Positions 29,501 to 39,030 of a stretch of 64,000 nucleotides of DNA are shown in pieces. The stretch is from positions 1-64,000 of IMG/VR virus record IMGVR_UViG_3300042326_002445, one strand, 5' to 3'. Each line of letters begins with the position of its first letter. Positions within the stretch are counted from its first letter, which is position 1. The notes beneath the pieces were generated by a model. That model had not been told where the DNA came from. It searched no databases and worked only from the letters and a program-made list of their open reading frames with translations. The position numbers were made by a program, and so were the translations under genes.

Positions 29501-32114
29501 AGATAAGATTGAAAATCATAGACATTTAGCTTATTCTGATGATGTAGATATGAGAGTATCTTTAAGTGAAGAATACGTATTCACATCATTTAATTCTGAC
29601 AACTATCAGCGATTTTTTGTTGTTGATCGTATCCCGAAGCTTCCTTCAAATTTCGAAGTTGTTATATTGTTAAATGGAGAAGTTTCTCCTATTAATTATG
29701 AATTTTTACCAGAAAGAAAGCTAATTAAATTTTCGTCACAGCTTGCCCCCTTGTCTGGCCAAGAAAAAACCACGCAGATATATGATTCATTACCAGAAAT
29801 AAAATTAGTTATATATTGTGATGGAGAATTTGATAATAATTTGCCTAAAGAAAGACTAAGTTCTGTATTTGCACAGCAATTAGGTTCTGGTAAAATCAAG
29901 ATAGATAGTATACCTGATCTAGGACATTCTGGGATATATGGAGAGAAAATGTCTGCTCTTGATTGTATTGCTGAATCCGTAGACGGGTTCAAATTTTTAG
30001 TCACTAGAAATGAAAAAAGAAACTATTTATTATATAACCAGCAAAACAATACTTTATCAGAAATGTCTGATTTTGAATTTAATGATCTAGAATTATCTGA
30101 TGGTTTTTTGTCTAAAGTTGGATTCCCTCTTAACAAAACAAGGCATTATTTAGTTTATGATTCTTTTAACATACCTGGAACAGAAAACTTTATATTTTCT
30201 ACTAGTCGTGGAGTGTATTATTATTGGCAAAACGGCGATTCTTTTTCTATGAGCTTGTTGATTGCTTCTGAGCCACCACAGGACTCTGGTCCTTGTCATA
30301 AAATTGTATATATGCCCATATCTAAATCAATATATTGTTTAAACTTTAGAAGTTTTGATATACTAAAAGTATCTTCTAATGGCGGAATCGGACTTGCATA
30401 CGCTCAGCAGGCTTTAAACTTTAATGCTCATGTTTTCAGAGATGCAGTTGAACTGAAAGATGGGACCGTAATGATCAGTTCAGATATTGGGATTTTTAGA
30501 GTAAAAACTGCAAGTGCTGCTAACTATCAAAATAATAATGAATCTTTTTTTGGTGACGTTTCAAATATCAAGATAGATCAGATAGGATTTTTCTCTGGAT
30601 CTAGCACTGAGGTTTACGGGATGTGGACAAACGATGATCAAAGTATATTTTATGTAAGTACTGAATTTGGTATATTTTATTCATTAGATAGCGGAGATTC
30701 TTTTATTAGAGATCAAGACTTGAGGAAGACCCCTGTCTTTTATCACATTATAAGCCATCAGAATGTATTGTTTGCAGTTGGAGAAAATGGTATTTATAGA
30801 AAAAGATCTAATGAAAAAGAATTTAAAAGAATTTTTTATAGTACAAGTATGTCTTTTAAGCGTGTGACTGCAAAATATGGTAGACTCTTAATTACTACCA
30901 ACGATGGAGTTTATGTTACTGATAGTATAGTCAACTGTAAATATAATGACAGTATTAATATAAAACCTATTGACATAGAAACTGCAGAAAGTGGAACTAG
31001 AAAATTGATATATTCACTTTCTAACTTTGGTCCATACTTAGTCGCATGTCTTGAGGGTAAAACAAAAATTATATATAATCTAGACAGATATTCTGATCAT
31101 GTAGATTTTTCTTCAACAATTACTATTTTTGGTCATGATGATTTTCCCACTGTACAGGTAAACGGTAAATTAGAGAACATTCACGTATATTTCCAGTATG
31201 CTTCAGATGGTTTAAAAAATGATTGTATATTTTTTGATAAATATATAGATCAGGATGCAGAAGTAAAAGTAATTAGACAGTATTCTTCATTTAAATTACC
31301 ATCAGGTGGCTGGGCAAGAAGAGACTTTGCATCTACTTGTATATTATATAAAAATAATTCTGATCTTAATGAAGGCAGTAGGGCTCATAAGCCATTTAAT
31401 CAAATAGCGTATTATGCTGATATATCTCATTCTTTAAATGACAAAGTTGCAAATTTAGAGCTAGTTAATGCTGGTATAGAGTCAATCAAGTCTCATTCTC
31501 TATACATGCTCACAAATGCAGTTGATAATGATGGCAATACGACCGAATTAGGCGTGCATCGTTTTACTCGAAATAATATAAGAATGCTTATAGACAAAAT
31601 AGATCAAGTTAATGCAAGCATATACGACGACAATGATGCTGCTAATATGGGCATTTTAAGCTCATTAAGATTGCCTTATTTAAATTTGCAGGTTGATTTT
31701 ATATCTAATGTTTTGCCTAGCCCGTATGGAATTTCTTTAGAAGATTTAAGTAATTTGGGAATTATTTCAGAATCATATGTAGAACCAGCTTATACTGGAA
31801 CTCTTGGGACTTACGATCCAGAAGACCCAAATTATTTATTGCCAACCATTCCACTTTCTGCGCCAATAGACGGCACTTCTGAGCCTAATTATGAATTAAA
31901 TGATGAAGATGCATTTGCTGATAATTTAGAAATTCCCTATAGTGGCTATTATGGTCAGAATAACGCAGGAGTTCAAGGCTTTTTATGGGTTGGTGGTAGA
32001 AACAGACCTTCTGGATCTTTTGAACCGCCAGAAGGTGGAGATTTTGGTTGTCGCTATAACTGTGACGAAGATACTGGTGGCAATACGGGCGGTCCTGGTG
32101 GAGGTTTAGGATAA
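26565..32114 (+). CDS. 1849-aa FN3-repeat and BNR/beta-propeller putative tail fibre or baseplate protein
   Basis: Several FN3 patterns (IYRS...FTDDGITAGVTYYYWL, YQVYR...FVDYSVTPGNYYIYRV, FKIYRS...FIDKSV...YRYLA). HRH motif at 29517, BNR-like GIFYSLDSGDSF, Gly-rich C-terminus. Confidence 0.7.
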   Translation: MTFYTEKFNLPFFSRGEIYSASKDKKRFEIIDEELSYLSSLIGSGVVNGLRVSKISGNSIKIESGVFCIDGKMFENAVDQVFEVGYIGTSYVRINNGSSGTLIFGRSSNIETINYTDTGVDRMIENVKFETISPYSVDIEIDSPLPADAKKIRIYRSTSDLFNTAEPVSVIDYPNIKFTDDGITAGVTYYYWLTIEDVNGFMSDVSDSFIYVSQGDFSVPDMPSSLKCFPAHRSVCVNWKHSFSKNVDYYLVTLNQAGVLQERVVANNINHTVFSNLKNGVVCSISIRAVSSFGVESSDSTITAVPSFHPGARDSDSIYGVFSPAYIENTMRSFIDITWSDPNIDPGLPDLSAGELKELEGFVVSVRYQVWELRVNGTFSIQGEPTDSFIPNHIKFSSYLRKNSQNQLVNEPLKDNTTYLIRLTRVVNGMESVGRYITVATGDVTPPSKAFNISGSLQNDSTILFTWSVDKISEILKQKVVVKSAPIISTQYNYTNIASPAIRFESITSSGSNSNGIISAIFEDIPPFKIGFTGSYIICKIDEDRIEYLNNNLSLDGFSGVKIEVLSSSKEILISTENKSFSDVVDAFNSTPAVIKLTFVPGSGFAKSISIGLSQFFNIQNISYYNDKENLFDRAISAEPVDFKPGITESFGENISYTVELLTLNNGFSFSDIQKSIIVGDYQLDISDEIGNTTSYTLEDAYVLPDRRYSISVYLYDFTGNQSAVSEYYFDTPSTWQVNPEKAPMMQILSAQENFLKVSWIPSPSEYVSRYQVYRIDIGTSDVISFQNERNAQWTYVGYVDANNHEFVDYSVTPGNYYIYRVTTVGLLKQTSPVFFGLMENDVTTAVKKVNKLYNNEFVPDISVDQSNNDVIVKINKQSGDFDGFKIYRSFDMEEFKLVGSLSTGEYEFIDKSVLIKSGSYRYLAIPVTTQSAVIITNDETINDGVLLAEVVVGIDSMDVIDKRKSVLLGSSSVMPELSDKIENHRHLAYSDDVDMRVSLSEEYVFTSFNSDNYQRFFVVDRIPKLPSNFEVVILLNGEVSPINYEFLPERKLIKFSSQLAPLSGQEKTTQIYDSLPEIKLVIYCDGEFDNNLPKERLSSVFAQQLGSGKIKIDSIPDLGHSGIYGEKMSALDCIAESVDGFKFLVTRNEKRNYLLYNQQNNTLSEMSDFEFNDLELSDGFLSKVGFPLNKTRHYLVYDSFNIPGTENFIFSTSRGVYYYWQNGDSFSMSLLIASEPPQDSGPCHKIVYMPISKSIYCLNFRSFDILKVSSNGGIGLAYAQQALNFNAHVFRDAVELKDGTVMISSDIGIFRVKTASAANYQNNNESFFGDVSNIKIDQIGFFSGSSTEVYGMWTNDDQSIFYVSTEFGIFYSLDSGDSFIRDQDLRKTPVFYHIISHQNVLFAVGENGIYRKRSNEKEFKRIFYSTSMSFKRVTAKYGRLLITTNDGVYVTDSIVNCKYNDSINIKPIDIETAESGTRKLIYSLSNFGPYLVACLEGKTKIIYNLDRYSDHVDFSSTITIFGHDDFPTVQVNGKLENIHVYFQYASDGLKNDCIFFDKYIDQDAEVKVIRQYSSFKLPSGGWARRDFASTCILYKNNSDLNEGSRAHKPFNQIAYYADISHSLNDKVANLELVNAGIESIKSHSLYMLTNAVDNDGNTTELGVHRFTRNNIRMLIDKIDQVNASIYDDNDAANMGILSSLRLPYLNLQVDFISNVLPSPYGISLEDLSNLGIISESYVEPAYTGTLGTYDPEDPNYLLPTIPLSAPIDGTSEPNYELNDEDAFADNLEIPYSGYYGQNNAGVQGFLWVGGRNRPSGSFEPPEGGDFGCRYNCDEDTGGNTGGPGGGLG

Positions 32115-32752
32115 TGCCAGGCGCTGGAGGAGGTTCCAATTCTGGTGGTGGCGGAGGCCAGGATTTAGGCTTTGGTGGCTTTACTAGCTACCAGCAGTTA
32201 GTGGATGCTGTTGTAAATTGGACTCCAAAATTAACAAGAATTTTTCTTTCCAAATATCAGGGCAAATATAGGGCATGGACATCTGGATCTGACTTGGCCG
32301 CTGGTGCTCCACAGCTTCCATCAAGTAGTACTTCTTCAGAAGAGTCCATACTTCAGCAGTGGTCTGCATTAACAGAAAAGCAGAGAATATCTATATTGCA
32401 ATTTGTGCTATCTTTCAGAGTTGGAGGAAGAGGTTGTACTAGGAAATACAATAGGCCATATGTTGAATGCGAAAAAATAGTAACATATCAAGGCAAAAGT
32501 ATATGTGTTAGATATAAGCCAGGGGCTAACAAGGACATATGCGATCAAGCGTCTGCTCCAGCAATTTGCAAAAAAGTAATTGCGACATGGCAAGAAGTCG
32601 CAACTTGTGATTCTTTTTCTGACGAAGCAACAGACCAGTTTTTTGCATGGTTATCTTCTAAGTTTACTAACAATTCATTAAATAATATATCTCAAAAATC
32701 TTTAGACGATCTTTATCTTAATGGGGTGCCGAGAAAAAGGAGAGAAGATTAA
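32114..32752 (+). CDS. Hypothetical protein (212 aa), Gly-rich N-terminus and Cys-rich centre
   Basis: TAATG overlaps at both ends; GGAGG Shine-Dalgarno at 32100-32104. Confidence 0.65.
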   Translation: MPGAGGGSNSGGGGGQDLGFGGFTSYQQLVDAVVNWTPKLTRIFLSKYQGKYRAWTSGSDLAAGAPQLPSSSTSSEESILQQWSALTEKQRISILQFVLSFRVGGRGCTRKYNRPYVECEKIVTYQGKSICVRYKPGANKDICDQASAPAICKKVIATWQEVATCDSFSDEATDQFFAWLSSKFTNNSLNNISQKSLDDLYLNGVPRKRRED

Positions 32753-34377
32753 TGGATAATGCATTTAATCAAAAACCAATATATGGAAGTACAAAAATAC
32801 AGACCAATAGGGTATATCATGCTGTTGCTTCGCTAGATAAAAATGGTTTTCAGGTTTCTGGAAGAAAAAATAGTGATGCTTTTTACCAAATTGGAAAAGG
32901 CGGAAGTGTTTCGATTCTTTTTTCCAACTATAGATCAGATTGTGGCGTTCACTATGTTAATTTTGAAGATTTTATTCCTATATTTTTGGATTTGCAAAAT
33001 CGAAAAAGTTCCTACTCAGAAGTAGTTAGTTCTGATTTTGCTATTAATGGGGTGAAATCTAGCGTAGGATATTTAGTGTCTGGCAATTCTTATTGCTTGA
33101 GATATCCCAAAAATTTTGGGAAAATTGTTTTTGAAAAACGTAATGACCAGTTTTATCTCGATGATCTTGTAGACATGGGAAGCTATTATGAAACCCATAT
33201 ACATCCAAGATCTAATAAGCATTTTGTGTTTAATATACTATTTGAAAATTTACCACTAGCTTCTGTCAAATTCAATATTTTTAAACCTTCTCGTATTGAT
33301 TCTGAAGTAATAACTTTGAAGCATTACTTAAATTTTTATAATTTTACATTGCAAAATGATAGATGGTTACTTGACGCACCAGCTAAGATGACGGTAGAAA
33401 AAAATGAAAAAAATAAATACTCTTATTTTAAATCAAGTGGCGACCGAGAGTGTTTTAATATAAATGGATATAATTCTCCTATTTTGATATTTGATTATGA
33501 TAAAAATTATGTTATTGAAAATAAAAATAAATCAGATAGTCCATTTTATTTTGACTTTTACCCAGAAGGCATGTATAAAAAGCCATACAGTGATTTTGAT
33601 AATGATATAAACACTGATCGATTAAACTTGTATTTTCTATTTAAGGGTTATGGGGATGTATTTAAAAGATCTTACGAAAACACTGAAATAGATCCATATA
33701 TAGAAACTGATTTTGATCGAGCAATTTCTTATGATCCTGACAATATTTTTTATGCTTGTTCAAATAAAAGATATTTTGGAAATAAGATTCATATAGGTAA
33801 AAAAAATATATCCAGCATTGCTGGCATGTATGGTATGTTTGCTCCAGAATCTAAGAAGATTATTTTTGACAACCCAGGTTCTTACCTGATATATGATTAT
33901 TTTGATCATGTGTGTGGAAAAATTATGAATGTGGAAGTGATCGATTACGCGTTAAAAACAATAAATTCACAAGACGATATATCTTCTATTTCTTTTTCTA
34001 GCAATGAGCTAAAGTTTGTAGATCAAAAGTCTGGGACCGTATATATGTCCTTAATAGGAGATTTGTTTAAAAATGTAGAAGAATTCGCTGGCTATTTGAC
34101 ATCTGGTAGTCTACCATCTAACTTACCAACAAATGGTAGTATAGTAATAAAAATAAATACAGCGTATTTTTATAATGATAAAAACAATTCTTCACTATTT
34201 GCTTATCATTATAAAAAATATATAAAAAACGATTCAGTTATAGATGATAGACATTTTTATGAAAAGATGATGTTAGATGTAGACGGATACATTAAACAAA
34301 TTATACATAAGTTAAAATCTTATAGAATATTTGAAGTAAATGTTGAATTTGAAAATACTTCATTAACTAATAGGTGA
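32752..34377 (+). CDS. Hypothetical protein (541 aa)
   Basis: Long ORF coupled at both ends (TAATG, GTGA); no motif recognised. Confidence 0.7.
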   Translation: MDNAFNQKPIYGSTKIQTNRVYHAVASLDKNGFQVSGRKNSDAFYQIGKGGSVSILFSNYRSDCGVHYVNFEDFIPIFLDLQNRKSSYSEVVSSDFAINGVKSSVGYLVSGNSYCLRYPKNFGKIVFEKRNDQFYLDDLVDMGSYYETHIHPRSNKHFVFNILFENLPLASVKFNIFKPSRIDSEVITLKHYLNFYNFTLQNDRWLLDAPAKMTVEKNEKNKYSYFKSSGDRECFNINGYNSPILIFDYDKNYVIENKNKSDSPFYFDFYPEGMYKKPYSDFDNDINTDRLNLYFLFKGYGDVFKRSYENTEIDPYIETDFDRAISYDPDNIFYACSNKRYFGNKIHIGKKNISSIAGMYGMFAPESKKIIFDNPGSYLIYDYFDHVCGKIMNVEVIDYALKTINSQDDISSISFSSNELKFVDQKSGTVYMSLIGDLFKNVEEFAGYLTSGSLPSNLPTNGSIVIKINTAYFYNDKNNSSLFAYHYKKYIKNDSVIDDRHFYEKMMLDVDGYIKQIIHKLKSYRIFEVNVEFENTSLTNR

Positions 34378-35285
34378 CAATTAAAGTGAACATACTGGGC
34401 ATAGCAAAAAACTTTGATTACGTTTATTTTGATGTTAAGTCAAATGCTATTAGCATATATGATTTAGTCAAGCTATCAGAAAACATGTATGTTAAAAAAA
34501 TTATTATTAAAAACTGGAACAAAAATTATATCGCATCTAATTATAAAATATTAAAGCGATTGCAAAAATCTGTAGTTTTACAATTTTCTATTTTGGGCAC
34601 ATCTGCTGACGATATTGCCGTGATGCAATCATTTTTATCAAAAGAAGACTCAGCTTTAAATGTGACATCTCTTGATGTAGACAGAACTATTTTTGTTCCT
34701 GAATGGGTCAGTCAAAACGGAAATAAGATTATTTGGGATAGTAATTTGCTTAATAAAAGCTTTTCATTCACAGTTTCTAAATATGTAAATCGATTTCCTA
34801 ATTCAGTAAAAAAAGTTATATTATTTCCAAATAATCCAGTATCATTGGAGCGCATGGATTTTAATTTATTAAAAAACATGAATGGGATGGACTTAAGCTT
34901 TATATCTTCATATGCTGGTCTTTTAGTATCTAAATACGGAGTAGACACGATATGGCCCATATCTGTTTCTTCATATGAAGAAATAAATGATATAGCGCCT
35001 TTGCTGAGACAATACTTTAATTCAATGAACATATTGAGCGTAATGATTGTATTTAGCAATAATATCAATAAGTCTAGTCTAAGTTTAGAAGAATATTATG
35101 CTATATCAAATTTGGAAAGATATGTAAACGTATACTTGTATGGTGTGCCAGTCGATAAGAGTGGGACCGTCACTTTTGATACAGACAGGTTTAAATGGAT
35201 ATCTGATGTAAAATATGTTAGTAGTTTTAAAAACGGCGTAGATATTTATAATAAAAATAATATCAATTTTATTTTGTTAAAATGA
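34374..35285 (+). CDS. Hypothetical protein (303 aa)
   Basis: GTG start overlapping the upstream TGA; no motif recognised. Confidence 0.65.
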   Translation: MTIKVNILGIAKNFDYVYFDVKSNAISIYDLVKLSENMYVKKIIIKNWNKNYIASNYKILKRLQKSVVLQFSILGTSADDIAVMQSFLSKEDSALNVTSLDVDRTIFVPEWVSQNGNKIIWDSNLLNKSFSFTVSKYVNRFPNSVKKVILFPNNPVSLERMDFNLLKNMNGMDLSFISSYAGLLVSKYGVDTIWPISVSSYEEINDIAPLLRQYFNSMNILSVMIVFSNNINKSSLSLEEYYAISNLERYVNVYLYGVPVDKSGTVTFDTDRFKWISDVKYVSSFKNGVDIYNKNNINFILLK

Positions 35286-35292
35286 TTTTGTC

Positions 35293-38200
35293 ATGTCTAT
35301 AAAAGGTATTTCTACATATTCAGTCTATTTTCAGTTTAATGAGGTTGGAGGGATGCCTACCCCTGGCTCTGTTGTTAAATATATAGACCAAAACAGCGTA
35401 GAACATCATTTCGTCATTACTTTCTATTCTGCCGGTATTAAGTCGATTGGAATTAAGCCTGTTTCTGGTTTTGGCAAAGTTTTTCCAGGCCTTATTCCTA
35501 GTTCTTATTTATATGCGTTAGATGAAAGTTTTTATATTAAAATTGCTAATAATTCTGTAAAGCTTAATGATGGTTCAATAATTCATAAACTTTATTCTGT
35601 AACTGATGTTCAAAATTCATCATTAGTCACTCGTCATAGCTTAATTAACAGTGATTCTAGAGGTGTGACGTGGAATGAATCTTTTATGGATGGGTCTTTA
35701 TATTCTTATTCAGAATGTAATTTGGATTTTTTAAGTTTTACACTTCCATATGAAGAAGAATTTATTAGTGGCATATCAAAAAACAAACCAAATCCTGTAA
35801 TAGCTATTAATAGCAAGTTTGGTTTAGTGCTACATAAAGACGTTGCACACTATAGATCTCATCCTGTATTGTTTTTAGATAAAAGCTTAAATAGTATAGT
35901 GAAAATAAATACTATTGATTTTATCAATATGGGAGATTTTGCTAAAAATAATTTACGCGAAAACTACACTGAAGCGCTTGACGAGTACTCTATATGTGTT
36001 TTTGCAGATAACGATTATTTAAATGCACAAACAAATTTTGTTAATTTTGCAAATAATATTAATTCTTTTGAATCATCATATAATTTTCATGATTTGCTAG
36101 TAATTAATAGTTCTTTACATGCTGGTCTTATTAGATTGAATGTTTCTCCAGGATATACTGGATTTGGAGAAATGAAGAATTACAATTCAATACAAAAAGT
36201 TCTGTCTGAAGGGTGTTTTGATGGAGATTATGTTAATGAGTTTTCTCCTATAGATGACGAGTCTATGGTTTTTTTAAAATATGACAACAAAACATATTGT
36301 GTAGGCCATGTCAATTACAGAGACACAACGTATTTTTCTGGATGCAATTTTATTAATGGCAGATATGTTGCAGATGGAAGAAATTCATTTGGAGAATTTT
36401 CTAAATCTTTGATAGACAGCGGCAACTATTGCACCATTAATAAAATAAAACTGTTTTTTGATAGATCTTTTATTAATGTTATTAACGCTATTACTAATCT
36501 TTATGAACATATGACAGTGTCATATGAGGAAATAGGCATCATTAATAAAGTGATTGATGGAAATGTTGTCAACAGAAATTATCAAAACTATGATCCAATA
36601 CAATGTTTTCATCAATATGTTATTGGAGATAGTATATGTTCGTATATAGACGGCAAATATCGTTTTGATGATGGTTGTGAAAATTATGTTCCAGGTAGTG
36701 CTTATCTTCCAAGAGACGTAAGGCCAATAACAAAAAATGTTAATACAAAAGGTTTGGCAGAAAAAAGTGTTGGCATGCATTTTAGTCCACAATATGCATA
36801 TATGCAAGGTCAATACAAGTCGCTTGCGATTCCAATGTTCGGTGAAGCTGACTTATTTATGCCATTTAAAAATACTATAAAAGATCTTTATGTAGATCAT
36901 AATTTTGTATTTGTAGAAAAATGCGACTTAGGTCTTGCTATAAAAGATCGAATATCTAAAAAACAATTAAAAAATTTGTATATTTCAGGAATATCATGTG
37001 TAGAAAATGATCAGGTATTATCTGGATCAGATGGTGTGTTAAAATATTTAAGAAAAGATGGGAGTATTAGCAATGTAATAAGACATGACGATGCGGCAAT
37101 TTTATTGTGTCTTTCTTTACAATTTTTGTCTTTTTTAAACGAAGGTGAATATTCTGAAAAGATGTCGCTTATGTCTAATGTTATTTTTGACTTTGGACAA
37201 GATGGTAGAAGTAAATCTGTTAAACTTTCTTTTGTTCTTAATTCAATAAATAAAAGTATCTATCAATATAGCGATTATAATGATACATATTATGTATCTA
37301 AATTGGATAGAGACATAGCAATTCATGAGATGCAGAGAATGGTTAAAAGTTTAAGAGGTTTTTATGGCGGTCCATCTAGTGCTGTTTATCAAGATCTTAT
37401 AGGATTGATAAATGATTACGGATTGAAATATCCATCATCTACCATAAATGTATTAAAAGAAAAAATTATAGACACTGCTCATCTATTGACAAAGCTTAAT
37501 TTTTATATCAAAGGTCTTGGAGAACCTCAAGTTGATGTATTTGGCATGGCAGAAGACGCTACTGGAATTGTGGACTTAGAAAGCATATCTAGTCTTTCAT
37601 TAAATGATAAAGGACTAAGAAAGTATAAATCAAATAATGTTAGCAAATCAATTTCTTTATATTCATCTTATAAATCCATGGCTTATGGACAAACTTCACC
37701 TATTTGGTCTGGAATTGAAATTTTTTCTGGTTCTATTAGAAGCCCTTATCCTCCAAATGATGGCAAAAATGCCGCACCTATTGATGTGCGCAATACAGTT
37801 GAGGTGATGATTAATAGGTGGCTTGATTCTGTATCGCAACTATCTGAGCATTTTGACGGATATATTGTCGAATCAAAAGACCATATTAGTATAGTTGATG
37901 ATAATGAAATGCGTTCAAGAAATTATGTGCTTATAGAGTCTCTGAAGAACAAAACGAATGTGCTACTAAATAGTAATTTTAAGATTGGCATTTCGTTCTC
38001 TTGCATAAGTGATGTAGATTTTCCAACTAGAACAACTGGCTATCTCAATAGTGGCTATATCATAAATGCTTCAAGAATATTCGCAAATATAATAAAGCCA
38101 TCTTTAGACGCTGGAGCAAGAATAGTAGTTCAAGATCAAAATATAGACATGTATATATTAAGCTACTTTAACTTTATTGATGCAGCAATTATCGGTAATC

Positions 38201-39030
38201 GCAGTAAAGAAGCTGAAAATGCTTTGTGTTTTTTTGAAAATGTTTATAATCCTGATTATCCCAATAAGTCTTTTTTATTAGATTTAGACGGCAATGAGTC
38301 TGCCGTATTTGATGGTATAAAATTTAACACAATCGAGCAAAACGCTTTTATTAATTATCTGAATTATCAAGGTTCTTACTATTTTTCATCTTATAGTGCG
38401 TTTAAAAGCGCATACTCTCCAGCTGGTGCAGAACTTTCAGACAGCAATATAGATTTAGAAAGATTTTGTGAAAGAAAATCAGTTTTGTATGTGGCTCAAA
38501 ATTTGATTGCTGAGCAAATATCTACTGTTGTATCTAGCATAAATGACTATGAAATAACTCAGAATACTCAAAAATCTTTACTGATGTACGGATATAGATC
38601 TGCTGCTGTTCAGGCTCCAAAAAGAATTACTCATAATATATTTGCTCATAATTTCTTTAACTTTGTTATGGTAAAAATGGGTGAAGAAGTACAAAACACT
38701 CATTTTACAAGAAATTTATTTTCTTCTCCATACGCAGGTTTAAAAACAAATCAAATTCATGCATTTACTCATGACGACAATTTTGTATTAAAGAAGATTT
38801 TTCATAGGAGTAGTAACATTAAAGATTCTTATATTGAAAGTTGCATTGTAGGAGATTGGGGTAAGTTAAAAAATGTTTATCCAATTCCTCCAAATGAATT
38901 TGTCACGTCTGATGGAATAAATATGACTAAGGGAGAAGGCTCTAATAATCGTGATGACGATATAATATTTAGATTAAGCACATCGAATTTGCCAAATATC
39001 AAGAATTATTCTATTAATGGAATTATATAA
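35293..39030 (+). CDS. Large hypothetical protein (1245 aa)
   Basis: 3.7 kb uninterrupted ORF within the operon; no confident motif. Confidence 0.7.
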   Translation: MSIKGISTYSVYFQFNEVGGMPTPGSVVKYIDQNSVEHHFVITFYSAGIKSIGIKPVSGFGKVFPGLIPSSYLYALDESFYIKIANNSVKLNDGSIIHKLYSVTDVQNSSLVTRHSLINSDSRGVTWNESFMDGSLYSYSECNLDFLSFTLPYEEEFISGISKNKPNPVIAINSKFGLVLHKDVAHYRSHPVLFLDKSLNSIVKINTIDFINMGDFAKNNLRENYTEALDEYSICVFADNDYLNAQTNFVNFANNINSFESSYNFHDLLVINSSLHAGLIRLNVSPGYTGFGEMKNYNSIQKVLSEGCFDGDYVNEFSPIDDESMVFLKYDNKTYCVGHVNYRDTTYFSGCNFINGRYVADGRNSFGEFSKSLIDSGNYCTINKIKLFFDRSFINVINAITNLYEHMTVSYEEIGIINKVIDGNVVNRNYQNYDPIQCFHQYVIGDSICSYIDGKYRFDDGCENYVPGSAYLPRDVRPITKNVNTKGLAEKSVGMHFSPQYAYMQGQYKSLAIPMFGEADLFMPFKNTIKDLYVDHNFVFVEKCDLGLAIKDRISKKQLKNLYISGISCVENDQVLSGSDGVLKYLRKDGSISNVIRHDDAAILLCLSLQFLSFLNEGEYSEKMSLMSNVIFDFGQDGRSKSVKLSFVLNSINKSIYQYSDYNDTYYVSKLDRDIAIHEMQRMVKSLRGFYGGPSSAVYQDLIGLINDYGLKYPSSTINVLKEKIIDTAHLLTKLNFYIKGLGEPQVDVFGMAEDATGIVDLESISSLSLNDKGLRKYKSNNVSKSISLYSSYKSMAYGQTSPIWSGIEIFSGSIRSPYPPNDGKNAAPIDVRNTVEVMINRWLDSVSQLSEHFDGYIVESKDHISIVDDNEMRSRNYVLIESLKNKTNVLLNSNFKIGISFSCISDVDFPTRTTGYLNSGYIINASRIFANIIKPSLDAGARIVVQDQNIDMYILSYFNFIDAAIIGNRSKEAENALCFFENVYNPDYPNKSFLLDLDGNESAVFDGIKFNTIEQNAFINYLNYQGSYYFSSYSAFKSAYSPAGAELSDSNIDLERFCERKSVLYVAQNLIAEQISTVVSSINDYEITQNTQKSLLMYGYRSAAVQAPKRITHNIFAHNFFNFVMVKMGEEVQNTHFTRNLFSSPYAGLKTNQIHAFTHDDNFVLKKIFHRSSNIKDSYIESCIVGDWGKLKNVYPIPPNEFVTSDGINMTKGEGSNNRDDDIIFRLSTSNLPNIKNYSINGII

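Noticed and set aside
32066-32160. Programmed -1 frameshift fusing 26565..32114 to 32114..32752 (Gly-rich sequence continues across the junction)
   Set aside because: No canonical X XXY YYZ slippery site (A GGT TTA only), and a good GGAGG Shine-Dalgarno precedes the downstream ATG.
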